A DNA stretch of 64,000 nt from the human T2T-CHM13v2.0 reference genome, Homo sapiens, in assembly GCF_009914755.1 (NCBI RefSeq), contig NC_060938.1; one strand, given 5' to 3'. Below are positions 47,435 through 63,332 of this stretch, piece by piece (positions within the stretch are counted from its first letter, which is position 1; the number at the start of each line of letters is the position of its first letter). The notes under the pieces are model-generated. The model searched no databases and was not told the origin of the DNA. It worked only from the letters and a program-made list of their open reading frames with translations. Position numbers and translations under genes: made by a program.

Positions 47435-48190
47435 TCATCTTATTTAATCATCTCCCAACAATCCTGAAAAGTCTGTCCTGTTATTATTCCCATCTCACAG
47501 GTCAGGAAACTGAGGCACAGAGGGTTTAAGTAATGTCTGGAGTTCCACAGCTTGCCAGAGACAGAGCTGGGATTTGAAAGTCTATTTCCTAACTCCAGGT
47601 CCGGCGATCTTTTCCACAACACTGCAGCCAATTCCCCACCACATGGGTGAAATCAGATGAAAAGTAAACATCTAGGGCAGTCTTCAAATGAGGCAGCCAG
47701 ACAGGCCACAGATCGAACTTCAGACTTTTAACCAAAGGTTCGGGGATTCATGCTCCCAGTTGGACACTGTTTACTTCTTAAGTAGTAAAATGAATGGGGT
47801 TGGATAGATCCAAACAGTGCCTAAGATCCCTTCCAATTCTAACACTCCAGGAGTTTATGTTTCAAAAGAACAACCTGCAGAGGAGCCTGCAGAACGGGAC
47901 CCTCCCACTCAGGGTGGCCTGGTAGAATATAGGACATGCATGTCCCACCCCCAGTCCTCTCTGCAAAAGGTAGAGTCAGGGAGGGGAATATGGGCTGAGT
48001 GTTCGTACAATGAGGCTGGTTTTTAGCCCCCACGCACTCCCTTTCCCTACTGCATTCTTTTTTTTTTCTTTGAAAGATGCTGCTCAGCCTTGGAGAGAAG
48101 TCTTCTTCATCCCTGATGGCAAAGGGCAGAGGAAGAGAGACGCCCAAGGGCTCGATCAGCCTTGGTACCTTGCCAACCCCCAGTCCCTAG

Positions 48191-48547
<357 letters not shown>

Positions 48548-48884
48548 TCAATTTTATCTTGTGTTGTTTTTGTATTATTTTCTCCATCCTCAAAACTCGG
48601 ACACTTCCTAACTTAGCACCCATTGGCTACTGCTCATAGTCCTGCCTGGTTTGGGGTTTCCCAGTTTGGGGTGGATCTGGCTACACTTCATTTTCTGCCT
48701 CCATCGAGACTCCCTATTGTTTCTTTGAGGTTCCATTAGGTCAAGGCAAACACTTCTCTTGTTCTCCCAACATGTAGCAAAATGTCACAATTCTTTTTGG
48801 CTCCGTTGTTCATTAGCCACTCCATTTCGTTATTCTATTTGCACTACTTCATCATTGAGCAAACTTTTTTTTTTAATAAGGATT

Positions 48885-49488
48885 TGTGATGGTTAATTTT
48901 ATGTGTCAATTTGGCTGGGCTAAGTGATGCCCATAGAGCTGGTAAAATATTATTTCTGGGTACATCTGTGAGAGTGTTTCTGGAAGAGATTAGCATTTGA
49001 ATTGGTAGACTAAATGAAGATCTTCCCTCATCAATGTGGGTCCACATCACTCAATACATTGAGGGCCTGAGTAGAACAAAAAAGTAGAGGAAGGGCAAAT
49101 TATCTCTATTTGAGCCCAGTCGTCCATCTTCTTTTACCCTCGGACATCAGAGCTCCAGGTTCTTGAGGGAAGGGCACACATAGATTAGTGTTTTCTGCAC
49201 AATCAGTTCACTCACTTCTCCTTGTCTGACCCATGAATGTGTCCGTATCTTTTGAGGTTCATTGGTTCAGATGCTACAGACACCACCCTTCCCCAGGCTG
49301 CTGAAATGACTTTCAAACTTGGACTGAATTACACTACTGGCTTTCCTTGTTCTCCAGCTTGCAGTCAGCAGATTGTGGGGCTTCCTGACCTCCATAATCA
49401 CATGAGCCAATTCCCATAATCTCTCTCTCTGTCTCTCTCTCTGTTTCTGCTATTGGTTCTGTTTCTTTGGAGAACCATGACTAACACA
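48885..49488 (+). mobile_element. MLT2 (HERV-L) solo LTR with a foreign internal segment
   Basis: TG start 'tgtgatggttaattttatgtgtcaa', CA end 'ggagaaccatgactaacaca', perfect 5-bp TSD GGATT at 48880-48884 and 49489-49493. Confidence 0.92.
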
Positions 49489-49777
49489 GGATTATAGAAA
49501 CTGCAGGAGAAAATGTTAGTGCCTGTTGGGATTAGAAAGGCACATACGATAAAGCCCTATCCTCAAGGCTGCTGCAGCTGTGATAGGAGCTCCTCTTACA
49601 GCTCCATTTATTTGTTCACAAAGGATTTACTATGTGTTAATTATCAGGCAATGGTAGGCACTCAGGATACCAAGATCAACAAGATATGATTCCTGTCCTC
49701 AAGCAGTTCACACCTAAGAGATCACTAACTGGTGACTTGAGGCATTTGATTGGCAAGATGCCTTAATTATTTCTCTT

Positions 49778-50325
49778 TGTTATCTATGGCTGTGTAACAA
49801 ATCACCCCAACTTAGTGGCTTAAAACCACAATAATTTACTTTTCCTCACAGTTCTGTGGCTTAACCTGGTGATTCTCCTCCTGGTCTCACCTGGGCACAC
49901 TCATGTGGTTGCATTCAGATGGCAGTTTAGCTAGTTGGTCCTAGACAGCCTCACTCCCAAGTGTGAAGCCTCAGCTGGGGCGGCTGGAATGGCTGAGATG
50001 AGTTTCCTTCTGTCTGCCCATGCGACTTCTTTCTGCCGGTATCTCAATTTCCTTCCTTCCGGCTATCCTGGGCCTCTTTACACAAGAACAGAGCATTCCA
50101 AGAGGCTCAAAGTCAAAGTTGCAAGACTTTTTGAGGTCTCGACTCAGTGTTACAAATGTTACTCCCACTGCATCTTATTGGCCAACACAAGTCACAAGGC
50201 CAGGCTAGAACGGGGAGGAGGGGGAATAGAATTCATCTCTGATGGGGGAGCAGCAATGTCCCATTGTAAAGGGTGGGCAGATAGAGATGGGAGGAATTTG
50301 TGGCCATAGGTTGCAGTCTACTACA
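49778..50325 (-). mobile_element. MLT1 MaLR LTR
   Basis: 'gctgtgtaacaaatcaccccaacttagtggcttaaaac'. Confidence 0.8.
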
Positions 50326-50487
50326 GCTGCTACAGCGAAACAAAATTAGATTTCACATAAACGTCAAGTTTACAATATTTTTTCCTTAACAATGGGGAGA
50401 TTTGGCAACAAGCCACTGGAGCTGAGTAACTGCTGTGCCATTTAGACTGGACGTTCTATCTCTAGCCCATCATAGTCTCTACCACTT

Positions 50488-51036
<549 letters not shown>

Positions 51037-52529
51037 CCCACCCCCACCTATCGCTTTTTAAAGGTGAGGAAATTGGGATTTCCAGGGCTAGGATGTAGTA
51101 GTCTCTGGGCTACCGATATCAGAGTCTGTTTTTAACTACTGTATTCAACTGCCATCACCAAATGGGTTCTATGGATAATTACATGGGAAACCACTGCTGG
51201 GGAGTTACTAGAAAAGTTTGAGTAAGCTCATGCCACAGAGCAAGTGATGCTCTTCAATTAACTAGGAGTCTGGATTCAGAGCCAAATAGGGGTGAGGGAG
51301 GCGAATGGTCTGGTGGCTGCTAGATCAGTTTGAAAGTCATTTCAGTAGCCTGGGCCAGGGAGGTGTCTGTAGCATCTGAACCAAATGAAACTCAGAAGAT
51401 ATGGACACATTCTTGGGTCAGACAAGGAGAAATGAGCGAACTGGTTGTGCAGAAAATACTAATCCAAGTGTGCCACTTCCCTCTGAGAAACTTTGTAGGC
51501 TCCCTCCTGCCTATACCTGCCAGTCTCAGTGGTAACACATTGTTCTGTTAAAAAAAAGAGGCTGTAATGTAAGCTATGGACTTCGGTTGTTAATGTTGGG
51601 TCAATGTTGGTTCCTCTATTCTAACAAAAGTATCACACTGGTGCAGGATGTTGATAGTGGGGGGAGGCTGTGCACATGTGGGCACTGGAGGCATATAGGA
51701 AGTCTCCTTTCCACTCAGCTTGGCTCTAAACTTAAAACTACTTTAGAAATAAATTCTATATACACAAAAAGTGGAGGAGGAGGATGGTTTCTGAGGTAAG
51801 TTTAGGAAACTTAGGTAAATAAGTTGATTTTTAAAAAAACTGCGGGGCTTACAGCATTGCTTTTACTTCATAACAATATAGTCACAAAACATAATTATGC
51901 AATTGCTTTTTTCAACTTTGGACGCAGGCTCCGTGACAGCAGGGCACTTACTCATTGATGTATCGCCAGCACCTAGAATGGTTTGGCACATGGTGGACAC
52001 TTCTTAGTACAAGGAAGAAGGGAGAAACAGTCAACTCGCAGGACTTAATGATTGACTGGCTGAGAGAAGTGGGGGGCAGTTAGCTTCAGAGTGGCTTTGG
52101 TTAGTCATAACCTTGCTAGAGACTTCCCAGAACTCCCACTCCCTGTCCTTCTCTGCTTGACTACTAATGGCCTGAGACCCCTCAGCCTCCATGGGACCAG
52201 CTTTTGCCCTCACCCTGCCATCAGTGGCTCCTAGGCATGTGCCCTTCATCCACCGTGCTCACTGACCCTCCTTCAGCCCTCCAGCCTCCTGCAGATACTC
52301 CCCCCAAAAGCCCCTTCCGCACAGCTTGGAAGCCCAGCCCAACACCCTTCGAGCCCTGAAACATTGTTGCTCCTGTTTTTCTCTTCATGAATCACCCGAA
52401 GTGCAGCAGTGCCTCATGGTAGTAAATATAGGTAAGTGTTGGAACCACCAGGGTCCTCTGGTGTCCTTGGGCAGCCAAGGAGTAGATCCTCCTGAACCTG
52501 CCCCCAGGCTTGTTTTAAGAAGGGCTGGA

Positions 52530-52959
<430 letters not shown>

Positions 52960-53784
52960 TCAGAAACAAGTCCCAGAGAGAGGTGGGACCAGCCTCTTCA
53001 TGTAAAGTTAGAACATTCCTGATAACAGAAGAAGAATTTCTCCTGTAAGTATTGATATAGTTGTGTAACAACAGGTGTACCTTCTTTCTCTTAATATTAA
53101 AAAATTATAATGATAGTTTCTGCTTATTTTTAAAATTCTGAAAAAAATTAAAGGACTCTGAAGCAGGAAGTGGAAGCCTTCTCTTGTACTCCCTACTCAC
53201 TCTCATCTTAAAGGCATGCCATATATCTTGTTTTGCAGCCTGTGCTCTTGTGCTCCTTACCGCCCCCCTCCTTTAGGAATTGCTCTATCCTCTACTTCAT
53301 TATTTTTATTGGCCACATAATTTACCATGGTACGGGTGCACCATAACACTGGAGAACAATCTTTAATGCCATCATTCTGCTTCTAGGAATCTGTCCTACA
53401 GAAACACCTGGCACTAGCGTGAAACACTGCACGTACATAAATGTTCATGATAGGATTGTTTGCCAATAGTGAAACACTAGAGACAATCTGTTCATTTGTA
53501 ATATAATTGAAGAGAGATGAGGAGCGAACCACTAAGGTATATATGAGAAGCTCTGACTCTGAGGACTCTGCAGAGGAGACAAAAGGCCACTATAAAATAC
53601 TGAACATGAGTTTTCTACCAATAAAAGTCTCCCCTTTGCGGGGGCAAGCAGGGTAGTATCAGGTTACCTGTCCTCTAACCTGGACTCCAGTGATCTAAAA
53701 CAATCGGAAGGACACTCCTGACAGTAGTAGTCTCTGTTGTTGTTCTCCTTCTCCTCCTCCTCTTCTTTCTCTCTCTCTCTCTTT

Positions 53785-54276
<492 letters not shown>

Positions 54277-54959
54277 TTACACATTAAAAAAAAAACTGAC
54301 AAGTACCAAAAATACCCTCAATTCTAGAAAAATAACATGGTATTTAAAAAAAATTAATAAACTGCCCGACATGCAGTTTTCGTGACCTCTACCTTTGTGT
54401 GGCCATCCCAGGTGAGGTGGCACAGTGGACAATAGGAATATATCTGAGAGGCTTTTCAGCACAGGACGGCAAACAATAAGTATGCATGGAAGTTACTGCA
54501 AACCACGTGAACACAGCCCACTGAACCCACAGTGAATGTGTCTCTAACCTACCTTCCCACAGCTAGGTCCCAGAAAAGCCTGTGGCTGCTCCAGTGTCAC
54601 TTCACACAAGGTGATATGTGACAAAGCGGAAGTTGGAAGAGAAAGACACTGTCATCTTGAACAACTGTGATTAAAATATCTTTTGCAAATTCTACAAAAA
54701 CACAGGACCATGTGAACACACTGCTGGGTCCCCTCCCAGGGCCTTGGCAGGGGCCTCTGCAAGTGACCTGAAGCTTTAGCTTCCTTAGCAGACACTGTGC
54801 CTGGGGGTGTGGGTGCTGTGGCGTGAATGGGGGCAGCCAGCAGCAGAGAGTTCCCTCCAGCAGTCCTTCCTTGCACTTGGCTTCAAGTTTACCTTTACAT
54901 GTCTTGGAGATAGTCCCATATTAGGACAAATAGAGGTGCCTAATTCTACCCGCCCCCCC

Positions 54960-56010
54960 CAATTCTTTTGAATGATAGTATTCTATTTTATGAACATCCA
55001 CATTTAGATCATTTCCAACCTGCCATAGTGAATAATGCTGCAAATAATATCCTTGCTGAAATGGATATTTAGCATTTGTGAGAATACATCTGTAAAACAC
55101 ATTCTCAGAAGTGTGACTGCTGGGTCACAGAGTATGTCTAGTTAAAATTTTGATAGATATTGTCAGTTGCTATCCTTGGAGGTTGTGAGAACATGCCAGC
55201 AGGGTGCGAGAGTGGGTAAGACTGTGTGTTAGCAAACGTTGCTGATTCTTGCAGCAATTTTTTTTTTTTTTTACCTCTGTAGGTTAAAAAAATAGTACTT
55301 TGCTGTAGTTTTAATCTGCATTTCTCTTATTAAAAGTGCAGTGGCACATGCTTTTATATTTTAAGAACCATATAGAGGTCCCCTTTTGTGGACTGTTTTT
55401 ATACTTTGTCCATTTTTCTACGGGTTAATCTTTTTCTTCTTTATTTGTAAGAGTTGTTTAAATACTTAGGAAATTAGCCCTTGATCTATGGTATAATTGG
55501 CAAATATATTCTCCTAGCTTTTCATGTGTCTGTTGACTCTGTTTACGGTGTTTATGTTTCCATGGGAAATAATTCTATATTTATGTAACTAAAAGTATTA
55601 AACAGTTTTAAAATGACTTCTGATATGGGTATCATTCTTAGAAAGGCCTGCCTCTCCCAAATGTAATAATATAAAAATTCTTCCATGGTTTGTTGTAATA
55701 CTTTTATGATTTCATTTTTATTATTTAAGTGTTTGATCTTTCAAAAATTTGTTTTTCTGTGTGGTGTTAGGTATGAATATTTTATTTTATCTCAGAAGGC
55801 TACCTTATTGTCCCAAGATCATTTATTAAAAATACATCTTATCTCCACTGATTAAAAAACTATCTTGATTAGAGGAGAATACCTCCTGGCAAAAAACAAA
55901 GACAAAAACGATCTTGGCCATATACTAAATTTCAGTATATAGTTGGTCTTATTTTCTAGATTTTTAGTCTGTTCCAAAGAACAGTTTATTTATGCACCAG
56001 TTGTTCACAT
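54960..56010 (-). mobile_element. Ancient L1ME fragment
   Basis: 'gtgaataatgctgcaaataatatcc' and 'ttgctgtagttttaatctgcatttctcttatt'. Confidence 0.75.
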
Positions 56011-56319
56011 TACCTTTAACATTTTGGGAACTCTATCCTCCAGAACTGGGCGAGAATAAATTTCTCTTATTTTAAGCCACTCAGTTTGTGGTAATTTATG
56101 ACAGCAGCCTAGGAAACCGGTACAGTTGCAGAGCTGGGATTTGAACCCAAGTCTTTTGACTCTGAGTCCTGTGTTCTGAATGGGAGCACAGGATTATTCA
56201 TTTCTGTTCCTAAGACAGGGTGTTTATGAGGGGAAGAGTAGGGGAAAATTAGTATAACTTAGTTTCCTTAAGCCTCCCCAGCCTGTAGGTGTTAAGAGAT
56301 AGAGTGCGCTGAATATTCT

Positions 56320-56765
56320 CTGTGTACCCTTCACTCTTCTCTATCCTGCACTGTGTTCAGGAGGTTGACCTCAAGGGATGGCTTAGCCTTCCACAGCCTT
56401 GCCATTTGGCTTCTGGTTGGGTTTGTCCAGTGCTGGGCATTCGCAAGCCACAGGAAGGTGGCTCCCTCCCTGCTGGGTGGCAGCCTGCTGGTGGCTGTGA
56501 TCTTTACCCAGGCCCATAGCTTCTGTCTTGTGGCCTATGGCTCCAGCTCTTGCCCAGCGGTTGGTGGCAGTAACCACTTCTGCCTTTTCCCTTTCAGGCC
56601 TACTGGTGGTAACAGCTTCCTGCTGATACCTAGCCCTCAAGAACTGCACCAGTCTCTTACAGGTTTTCCATAACCCCACTCAAATCCCCATAAAAGAGCC
56701 ATTCTTTAAATTTCCTTCAGTCATCACTTTTGCGAGTACCGTGTTTCCTGCTGAGATCCTGACCA
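56320..56765 (+). mobile_element. LTR33-like ERVL LTR fragment
   Basis: 'gccttgccatttggcttctggttgggtttgtcca' and terminal 'gtttcctgctgagatcctgac'. Confidence 0.6.
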
Positions 56766-59499
56766 CTCTGGGGACCATATTGTGTGACAGAGAGAGAGTA
56801 ACTCTGGTTTCCTTGACTCTAGCCTTCAGTGCTCATTTGGAGCCACCTTAAGTCCTGACCATTCCAAATGCCTCTGGGAGGGCACTTCTGCTTTGTGGCT
56901 CTGAAGGAATGCAAGTTGCTCAGGGACTATGGCAAAGTCGGGAAGAAGCCTGTCTCCTCTCTGGGTTACTCCTACACAAAGATCCCAAGCAGGGCTGCCT
57001 CGGTTCCAGGGCTCCCTGCCCCATCTCTGGAACTTGGATAGGTGTGGATCTGGGCCAGGTACTTGAGTGTCAGAACTGCCTCTCTCTCTGGAGCCTTGGA
57101 GGGATAAGGATCTATTACTCTGTCAAGCTCACAGGGCAGGCCCTTCCTTTAATCAAGATGAGCTTTCTTCTTGGAGGTTTCTCATTCCTCATGCAAACAG
57201 ACTCGTGACAGGGTGTGCTCCCCTGTTGCCAGACATGCCTAGACATATCGAATTCTACTTACACTTGAGCTGGGATCCTTTTATACAAGGTTAGGAAAGT
57301 AAATGAGGGCCAGGTTGCAGAAGGCCTCCAACACATCAAACCAGTTTTAACCTAATATTGTAGGCAAGGAATCACTGAATGTATTTGAGATAGGGAGAGC
57401 CTTGGATCAAGAACTGCTAAGAGCTTAGCTTGGTTGCCATCTCAGTGCCCATATTCTTGCTCTCCCTCTAGTTGAAATATCCCCATCAGCAGAGAGGCCC
57501 CATGGAGTCATTCTCCATCACGGTACCTTGTCTTATTTCCAGGAGAGTAGTTCCCCTTCTCTGAAATCATACTCTTTCTTTCTTCTTCCTCCTGTATTCC
57601 ATGGGGGCAGGGAGATCTCCATCTTACTCAATGCCATACTCTTAGGGCGTGGCTCATAGTAGACACTCAGTGAATACGTGTTAAATTTGTTGAATAAGCG
57701 AATGAATTTGGTCCTATGAATGAATTTAGATGAGGAAGCCCATGGAGTTCAAGGGACTTAGGGACCTGCCTGAGTCCACATTAACTCATGTAACTCATCC
57801 AGAACTGAGCATAGCTGGGATTAAAACCAGGCTAGCTAACAAAATCTCTACCTCCAGGAGAGGCAGGAGCTGGGGAATGGGTTAGTAGGAAGGGTGAGGA
57901 GAGGATTTCTAGGAAGATGTGGTGACACATTGGCCAGAACTGAGGTGGGGGAGAAGAGACAAGCTCTTGAAATGGGGAATTAACATATATTGGGTATCTA
58001 CTCTGTGCTAAGCACTGTACCTGGCGCTTTACATGTAGTCTGATTTCTACCCTCCGCTGTATGTATTATTATCCCAATTTTCATGAGCTAAAGAAATAGG
58101 GACACAATAGTTTAAATAAATTGTCTGCTTTTATCCATTTATACATAACTTGATTCCTAAGATTGACCTCTTCTGACCCTCAACATGGCCTCTTTGAACA
58201 TAGAATTAAACCCAGGAGTTCTCCATGAGGATGATCACCATGCCTGGGGTTCATGGTCTGATAGAGGAGGGCAGTAAGAGTTAAGTATTCATTCAGGGAA
58301 GGAGTGGGGAGCAGGGTTATGTGGCTCTCACCTTGTTTTGTAAGAGAAACTGAAGCACAATAAGGCAGGAGACTCTTTTGCTAAAAGGAGAGCAGTCAGA
58401 GGTGGAAAGAAGGCCTGAGATGGAGATTCAGCCCAAAGGCCTTCTGCTTCAAGGTACTAGAGAGGGGCAGGACAGGAGGACCAGGCAGGGTGGAGCAGAA
58501 GGCTTTGGAGCCAGAAGTAACACAGATCATTTTTTCCTTTTCTGGATTCCAATCTAGGGAGAAGAATCAGGTGTGCAGGATGAAGTAGGGTGTGGTGGGC
58601 TGAGTCCAGTCCAGACCAGGAGTAGCGTGAGCCCCTCCCTGCCCCCAATTGGGCCCCTTCCTTGCAGTGGGGTGCTCCTGGTCCCTTGCCTGCACACAAA
58701 CACATAACGACCCTGCAGACCAGATGTTCCAGGGCAGGCCTAATTTAAAGTCTGACGCCTTTTGACCTCATAGGTATACTTGTGTCTATCAGACTGTGGC
58801 TCTTCGTTTTAGTCTGCAAAATAAGATCATTGAGGCCGAGACATAGGCCCTGCCCTCCACAGGGCCAGGTTCTATTCAGGCCCAAGGCTGTATAAGGTGT
58901 TCTTTGTGCTGGGGATGTGAGCAGAGCCTGGGTGTTGAAGGTGGTCCCCTAGCCCAGGGTTAGTCCCAGACCACTGATGCCAATTGGCTGACTGGTCAGG
59001 GGTTGCAGGAGACCTCGGAGGTTACATTACTGCCCGGACCCTCTATCTCCTTCCCCTCACAGCATAACTCAAACGTGCTAAAAAGGGCTTTCATAAACAA
59101 CTCAAGTCTGAAAACTCTGGCAGCTCTCCCGCCCCTCCAGCCCTGGGGGGCTTCAGGAGGGTCTGGGCTGCCCGCCAGCTCCAAGCTGTCCCTAGACTTC
59201 AGTGGGGGGTGGGGAGTCAGTGCTGTTACCCTTTCCTTCCTGCTTGGTCTCCAGCCCAGAGTTTCCTTAGGCCCCGGCCTCCCTGGGCTCCCCACCCTAC
59301 TCTACCTTAACCCTTTCCTCCCAGGGAAGGAGTGGCCGAGGTCCCCGTTCTCTTGGGACGCCTGGGAGAGGCTGTTGGGGGTAGGGGGGAGGTGGGGGTA
59401 AAGGGGAGAGATCCTTGTTCCAAATCTCAAAAAAGGGTGCCGGAAACCAATCCTCCCCTCCTTCCTCTTCCCCGTCCTTCCACTAGCAAGAGGGGAACG

Positions 59500-60200
59500 T
59501 GGAAGGAAACTAACTTTGACCCCTGGATTCTGGCTCTGGGCCCAAAACTTGGGTGGAAGGCAGAGGCCTCCGGGACCCTCCCCGCCCCCTCCTCCCCCCC
59601 CCGGCTCCCCCGCCCTCTCCTCCGCGCCCCTTTAAGCTATCCAGCAGACGGAGACAGAGTTGATCCAGGAGGGGCTGGCAGAGTGCTGGAGGGGGAAGGC
59701 TGGGGGCGGAGGGAAGGGCGGCAGGAGCCCGACCGGTCCCACCCCTAGCTACAACCCCGGGCAGGAAGAGCTCGTCGCGGTAGCAGCGGTCGAAGGGGAC
59801 CAAGCTCCAGAGGGCGGGCGCCCGAGCCGTGCGGGGTGGGTCCCGCCGCCTGGAGGAAGGAGGCCGTGCGGGGGGCGCGCCGCGGGGAGGAGGGGGCGTG
59901 GCTTAGGCGCCTGGGGCTGGGGGCTGGGGCGCCTGCCGCCCCGAGACCCGGGTGACACTATCGTCTCCTTCGTTCCAGGAGCGGGCGGGGCAGCCATGCT
60001 CCTGTCTGGGGGCGATCCTCCGGCGCAGGAATGGTTCATGGTGCAGACAAAATCGAAGCCTCGGGTGCAGCGGCAGCGGCTGCAAGTGCAGCGCATCTTT
60101 AGGGTCAAGCTGAACGCCTTCCAGAGCCGCCCGGACACCCCCTACTTCTGGCTACAGCTCGAGGGGCCCCGAGAGAACATGGGCAAAGCCAAGGTAAACA
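59500..60200 (+). promoter_or_regulatory. NYNRIN: NYNRIN CpG-island promoter, with probable non-coding exon 1 ending near 59828-59835
   Basis: CpG-dense, GC boxes; acceptor 'tctccttcgttccag' at 59978 implies an upstream exon; candidate donors GTGCGG (59829) and GTGGGT (59836). Confidence 0.75.
59996..60193 (+). CDS. NYNRIN: NYNRIN first coding exon (66 codons, [28 protein letters not shown]...GKAK); the gene continues off the right edge
   Basis: gccATG Kozak context, phase-0 donor AAG|GTAAAC; matches the NYNRIN N-terminus (N4BP1/KHNYN-type KH-like region). Confidence 0.93.
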
Positions 60201-61524
60201 GCTTCTCCCCACCCCCACCCATCTCTTCCAGCCAGATCACTCTCTCCCCTTCCCCTGGGGAGATGGTGGTCCGCAGAGACACCACCCACCCTGCCCCCGC
60301 CTGGATTTGGCAGTGTGGCAGGCAGGTAGTGGGCCATCCTCCTGCCTCGCCAGATCAGCCTGCGCTCCTTCCATGCCCGCTTCTTCCCTCTGGTTCCTTC
60401 CTTTCCTGCCCCACCCCTTCCCTACGTGTCACCTCTGTCCCTCAAGTGCACTGAGAGCACCTCCTCGGTGTGTGTCCCCCATGAGACTTCCCTGGCCAGG
60501 GCCCCAGCATCAGCAGTCCCACTTTTCCATCTGGGGAGCAACTCAAGGCGCTGTATTTCTGTGGCCTCTGCAACACACCTCTTTGTTCTCCACCAAGACT
60601 GAAAGGCCCAGGTCCTTCTGTCTCCTTTTAAGTCTCCTTAAATCCTGGGCTGCCCCTTGGAGCCTCTGAGTACTAGGACTGGAGGGGCCTTTAGAGATGC
60701 TTCTTGAGTGATACTGGCATTTTACAGATGAGGTACTGGTGGCCAGAGAGGGTAAGGGGCCTGGCTGAGTGCTCAGAGTCAGGTAGGTGAGGTGGTGGGG
60801 GTTGGACCAGAACCCAGGGCTCTGGGCTCCCTGCCCCACACTCTTGATGCCACTCAGCTTCTTGCAGGGGTTCAGAGTGGGGTGCAGCCCTCTTCCCAGA
60901 TTCCCAGCCCTTGGAGATGGGTGGGAGTCTGGGAGGAGGGCTATGGGTTTTCAGATGAAAGGGCTTGCTATGTGGGGCTGGACCTTGGACAGGCCAGATC
61001 ACAGTGCGCCTCTCTTGCAATCTCCCTGGCTTCTCTCACAAGCTTTTCCTCCCCTTGGGCCTGTCAGATTCCACTGTCCCCCAAGGTTTACCTCTTCCCT
61101 TAGATTCCTTTATCTTACTTCTTCTTTGTAGGAATGCCACAGCCTCCCTCTGCCCCAGACCACCTTCCCCTTCACCACGCACACCTACTGCAGATGGGTT
61201 TATACCTATATCTTAATTGGTCAAGGCCATGGGTGGGGAGGCCCAGAACTCGGCCAGCCAGCCTGGTAGGCAGGCAGGCTGGGAAGTTCCTCCCTCAACC
61301 CCTCTGTGGAGCTGCTAGGTCAGCAGTTTTTCCAATTTTGACAGAGGTGCTAGGAGGGGGAAGGGGTGTCTTCCCAGAGAACATATGTACTGGAGGCCTT
61401 GAGAGGAAGACATTTAGAAGCCGGGGTAGGGTAGGCTAACAAGAGGAGTGTTTTGGGTTCTTTGGGTTCTTAATCTTTTTGTTACTTTGAAAGGCAGCAG
61501 CTCACCCTCTTAGGGGACTCACAC

Positions 61525-61837
61525 TTTCTTTTTCTTTTTTTTTTTTTTTTGAGATGAAGTTTCACTCTGTTGCCCAGGCTGGAGTGCAATGGCGTGGTCT
61601 TGGCTCACTGCAGCCTCCACCTCTGCCTCTTGTGTTCAAGTGATTCTCCTGCCTCAGCCTTCTGAGTAGCTGGGATTACAGGCACGTGCCACCATGCCCA
61701 GCTAATTTTTGTATTTTAGTAGAGATGAGGTTTCACCATGTTGGCCAGGTTGGTCTTGAACTCCTGGCCTCAGGTGATCCACCCGCCTTGGCCTCCCAAA
61801 GTGCTGGGATTACAGGCATGAACCACTGTGCCGGGCC
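61525..61837 (-). mobile_element. AluS antisense in NYNRIN intron
   Basis: Alu consensus; TSD ggactcacactttc. Confidence 0.93.
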
Positions 61838-63332
61838 AGGACTCACACTTTCGGAGGTACCCCCGCCACCCCCTCCTTGCTCAAATCCTGGATTGGCTTC
61901 TCCAGGCCTACCTGCTCCGTCTCCCTCTGCTGCTTCAGGGTTCTTCGGACCGCAGATCTCACACCTCAGGCTCCCACTGTAGGCCCAGCTAATGGAATCA
62001 GTGGCTCCCTTGATTCCTAGCCCTGTTCCTCCACTCCCCCTTTGTCTTCCCTTTGGGAAAGGCATTGTTGAAAAGTGGGAACCCAGCGTGAGGGGATTCT
62101 GGGTAGCTCCCTGCCTTATTTTACACAATGACCATAAAGGAGACTTTGTTGGCAATTTGGAGAAGGAGGACAGGGAAGGTGAGGGGCGGGGGGGTTAAAG
62201 TTTTGTCTCAGGGGTTAGGGGATCTGGGTTTGATATGCTGTCACCAAGTTACAACCAAGATAGGAGGGGTATGGTGAGGAGAGTTTGAGACTGGGGTTTG
62301 CTACCTGTTAACTATCTGAACTGGGTGATCAGATCAAATAATTTATCCTCTCTTGAGCCATTTCCCTCATCTATGGAACAGACTATAATAATACCTGGTT
62401 CATGAAGAGTTTGTGAGAGTCTGCTGAAATCATGCATGTTACAATACTGTTATAAAATGTGGAGAGCTATAGAGTATAGATGTTAGCTACTATTGTTTTT
62501 GACTAGCTGCGTAACTTTGAGCAAGTCCTTTTCCCTCTCTGAGTCTCGATCTCCCTGTTTGTAAAGTGGAAGTCTTGGATTAAATGCTGTCTAAGGTCCA
62601 GCGATCTGACACATGAACATTTCCCAAGTGTAAGGATGTCTTGTGGTTCTCATAGGGAGGCAGCGTGGCTGGCCCCAATCTCAGCTGTAGGGACACAGAA
62701 TCATGCACTTTGTTAGTGGCATACTGAACATAGGCCAACAGGCAGAGAGGACTCTGGGAGACTACAGGTTGCAGGACTGGGGGAGGGCTGATGGTGAGGG
62801 TGGCTTGTTGGGGTCTGAGGGGAGGAGGGGTCGAGAAGGATACAGGCTCATCTAGAGAAGGGCCTGAGTGTGTTTCTATGTGGTTGGTTTCTCAGGAAAA
62901 TCTCTGTAAATCTTGAGTGCTTTAAAATTGTTTTGTTGTGGTGGGATTAAAGAACACTGAAGACATTACTGTGAAACACATACCCAGGCAGCAAAACAAA
63001 CACTGGGGAGGCCTCTCTGAGGTGAAATCAGTGAGTGGAGAGGCGGGTTTTAGTAATGATCAGAAGAGGCCCGGGACAAGCCCTGCTCCACCCTTCTCCC
63101 CTTTGGCAGTGAGGTGAGGATGGGGTGGGCGGCAGAGAAGAGAGGTGACCACTGCGGGAGGTGATGGGGAGCCTAAAGGCAGTGGTGGTGGGCAAGAGTA
63201 CCTTCTGGAGACTGGGTTCTGGAGCTCTGGGACAGGGTGTGGCCTGCTGACATCTGGCTTGGCTGTCAGATGGAAGTTGAACTATCTTTGCTGCACACTA
63301 ACTGTGAGCAGTACCCTGAGAGTTGGTTGCGG

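Noticed and set aside
54455-54470. REST/NRSE-like ttcagcacaggacggc
   Set aside because: Half-site spacing is wrong and both halves deviate from consensus
59660-60454. 264-aa ORF as a single-exon gene
   Set aside because: Only 59996-60193 is bounded by splice signals and matches NYNRIN; the rest is GC-rich UTR and intron
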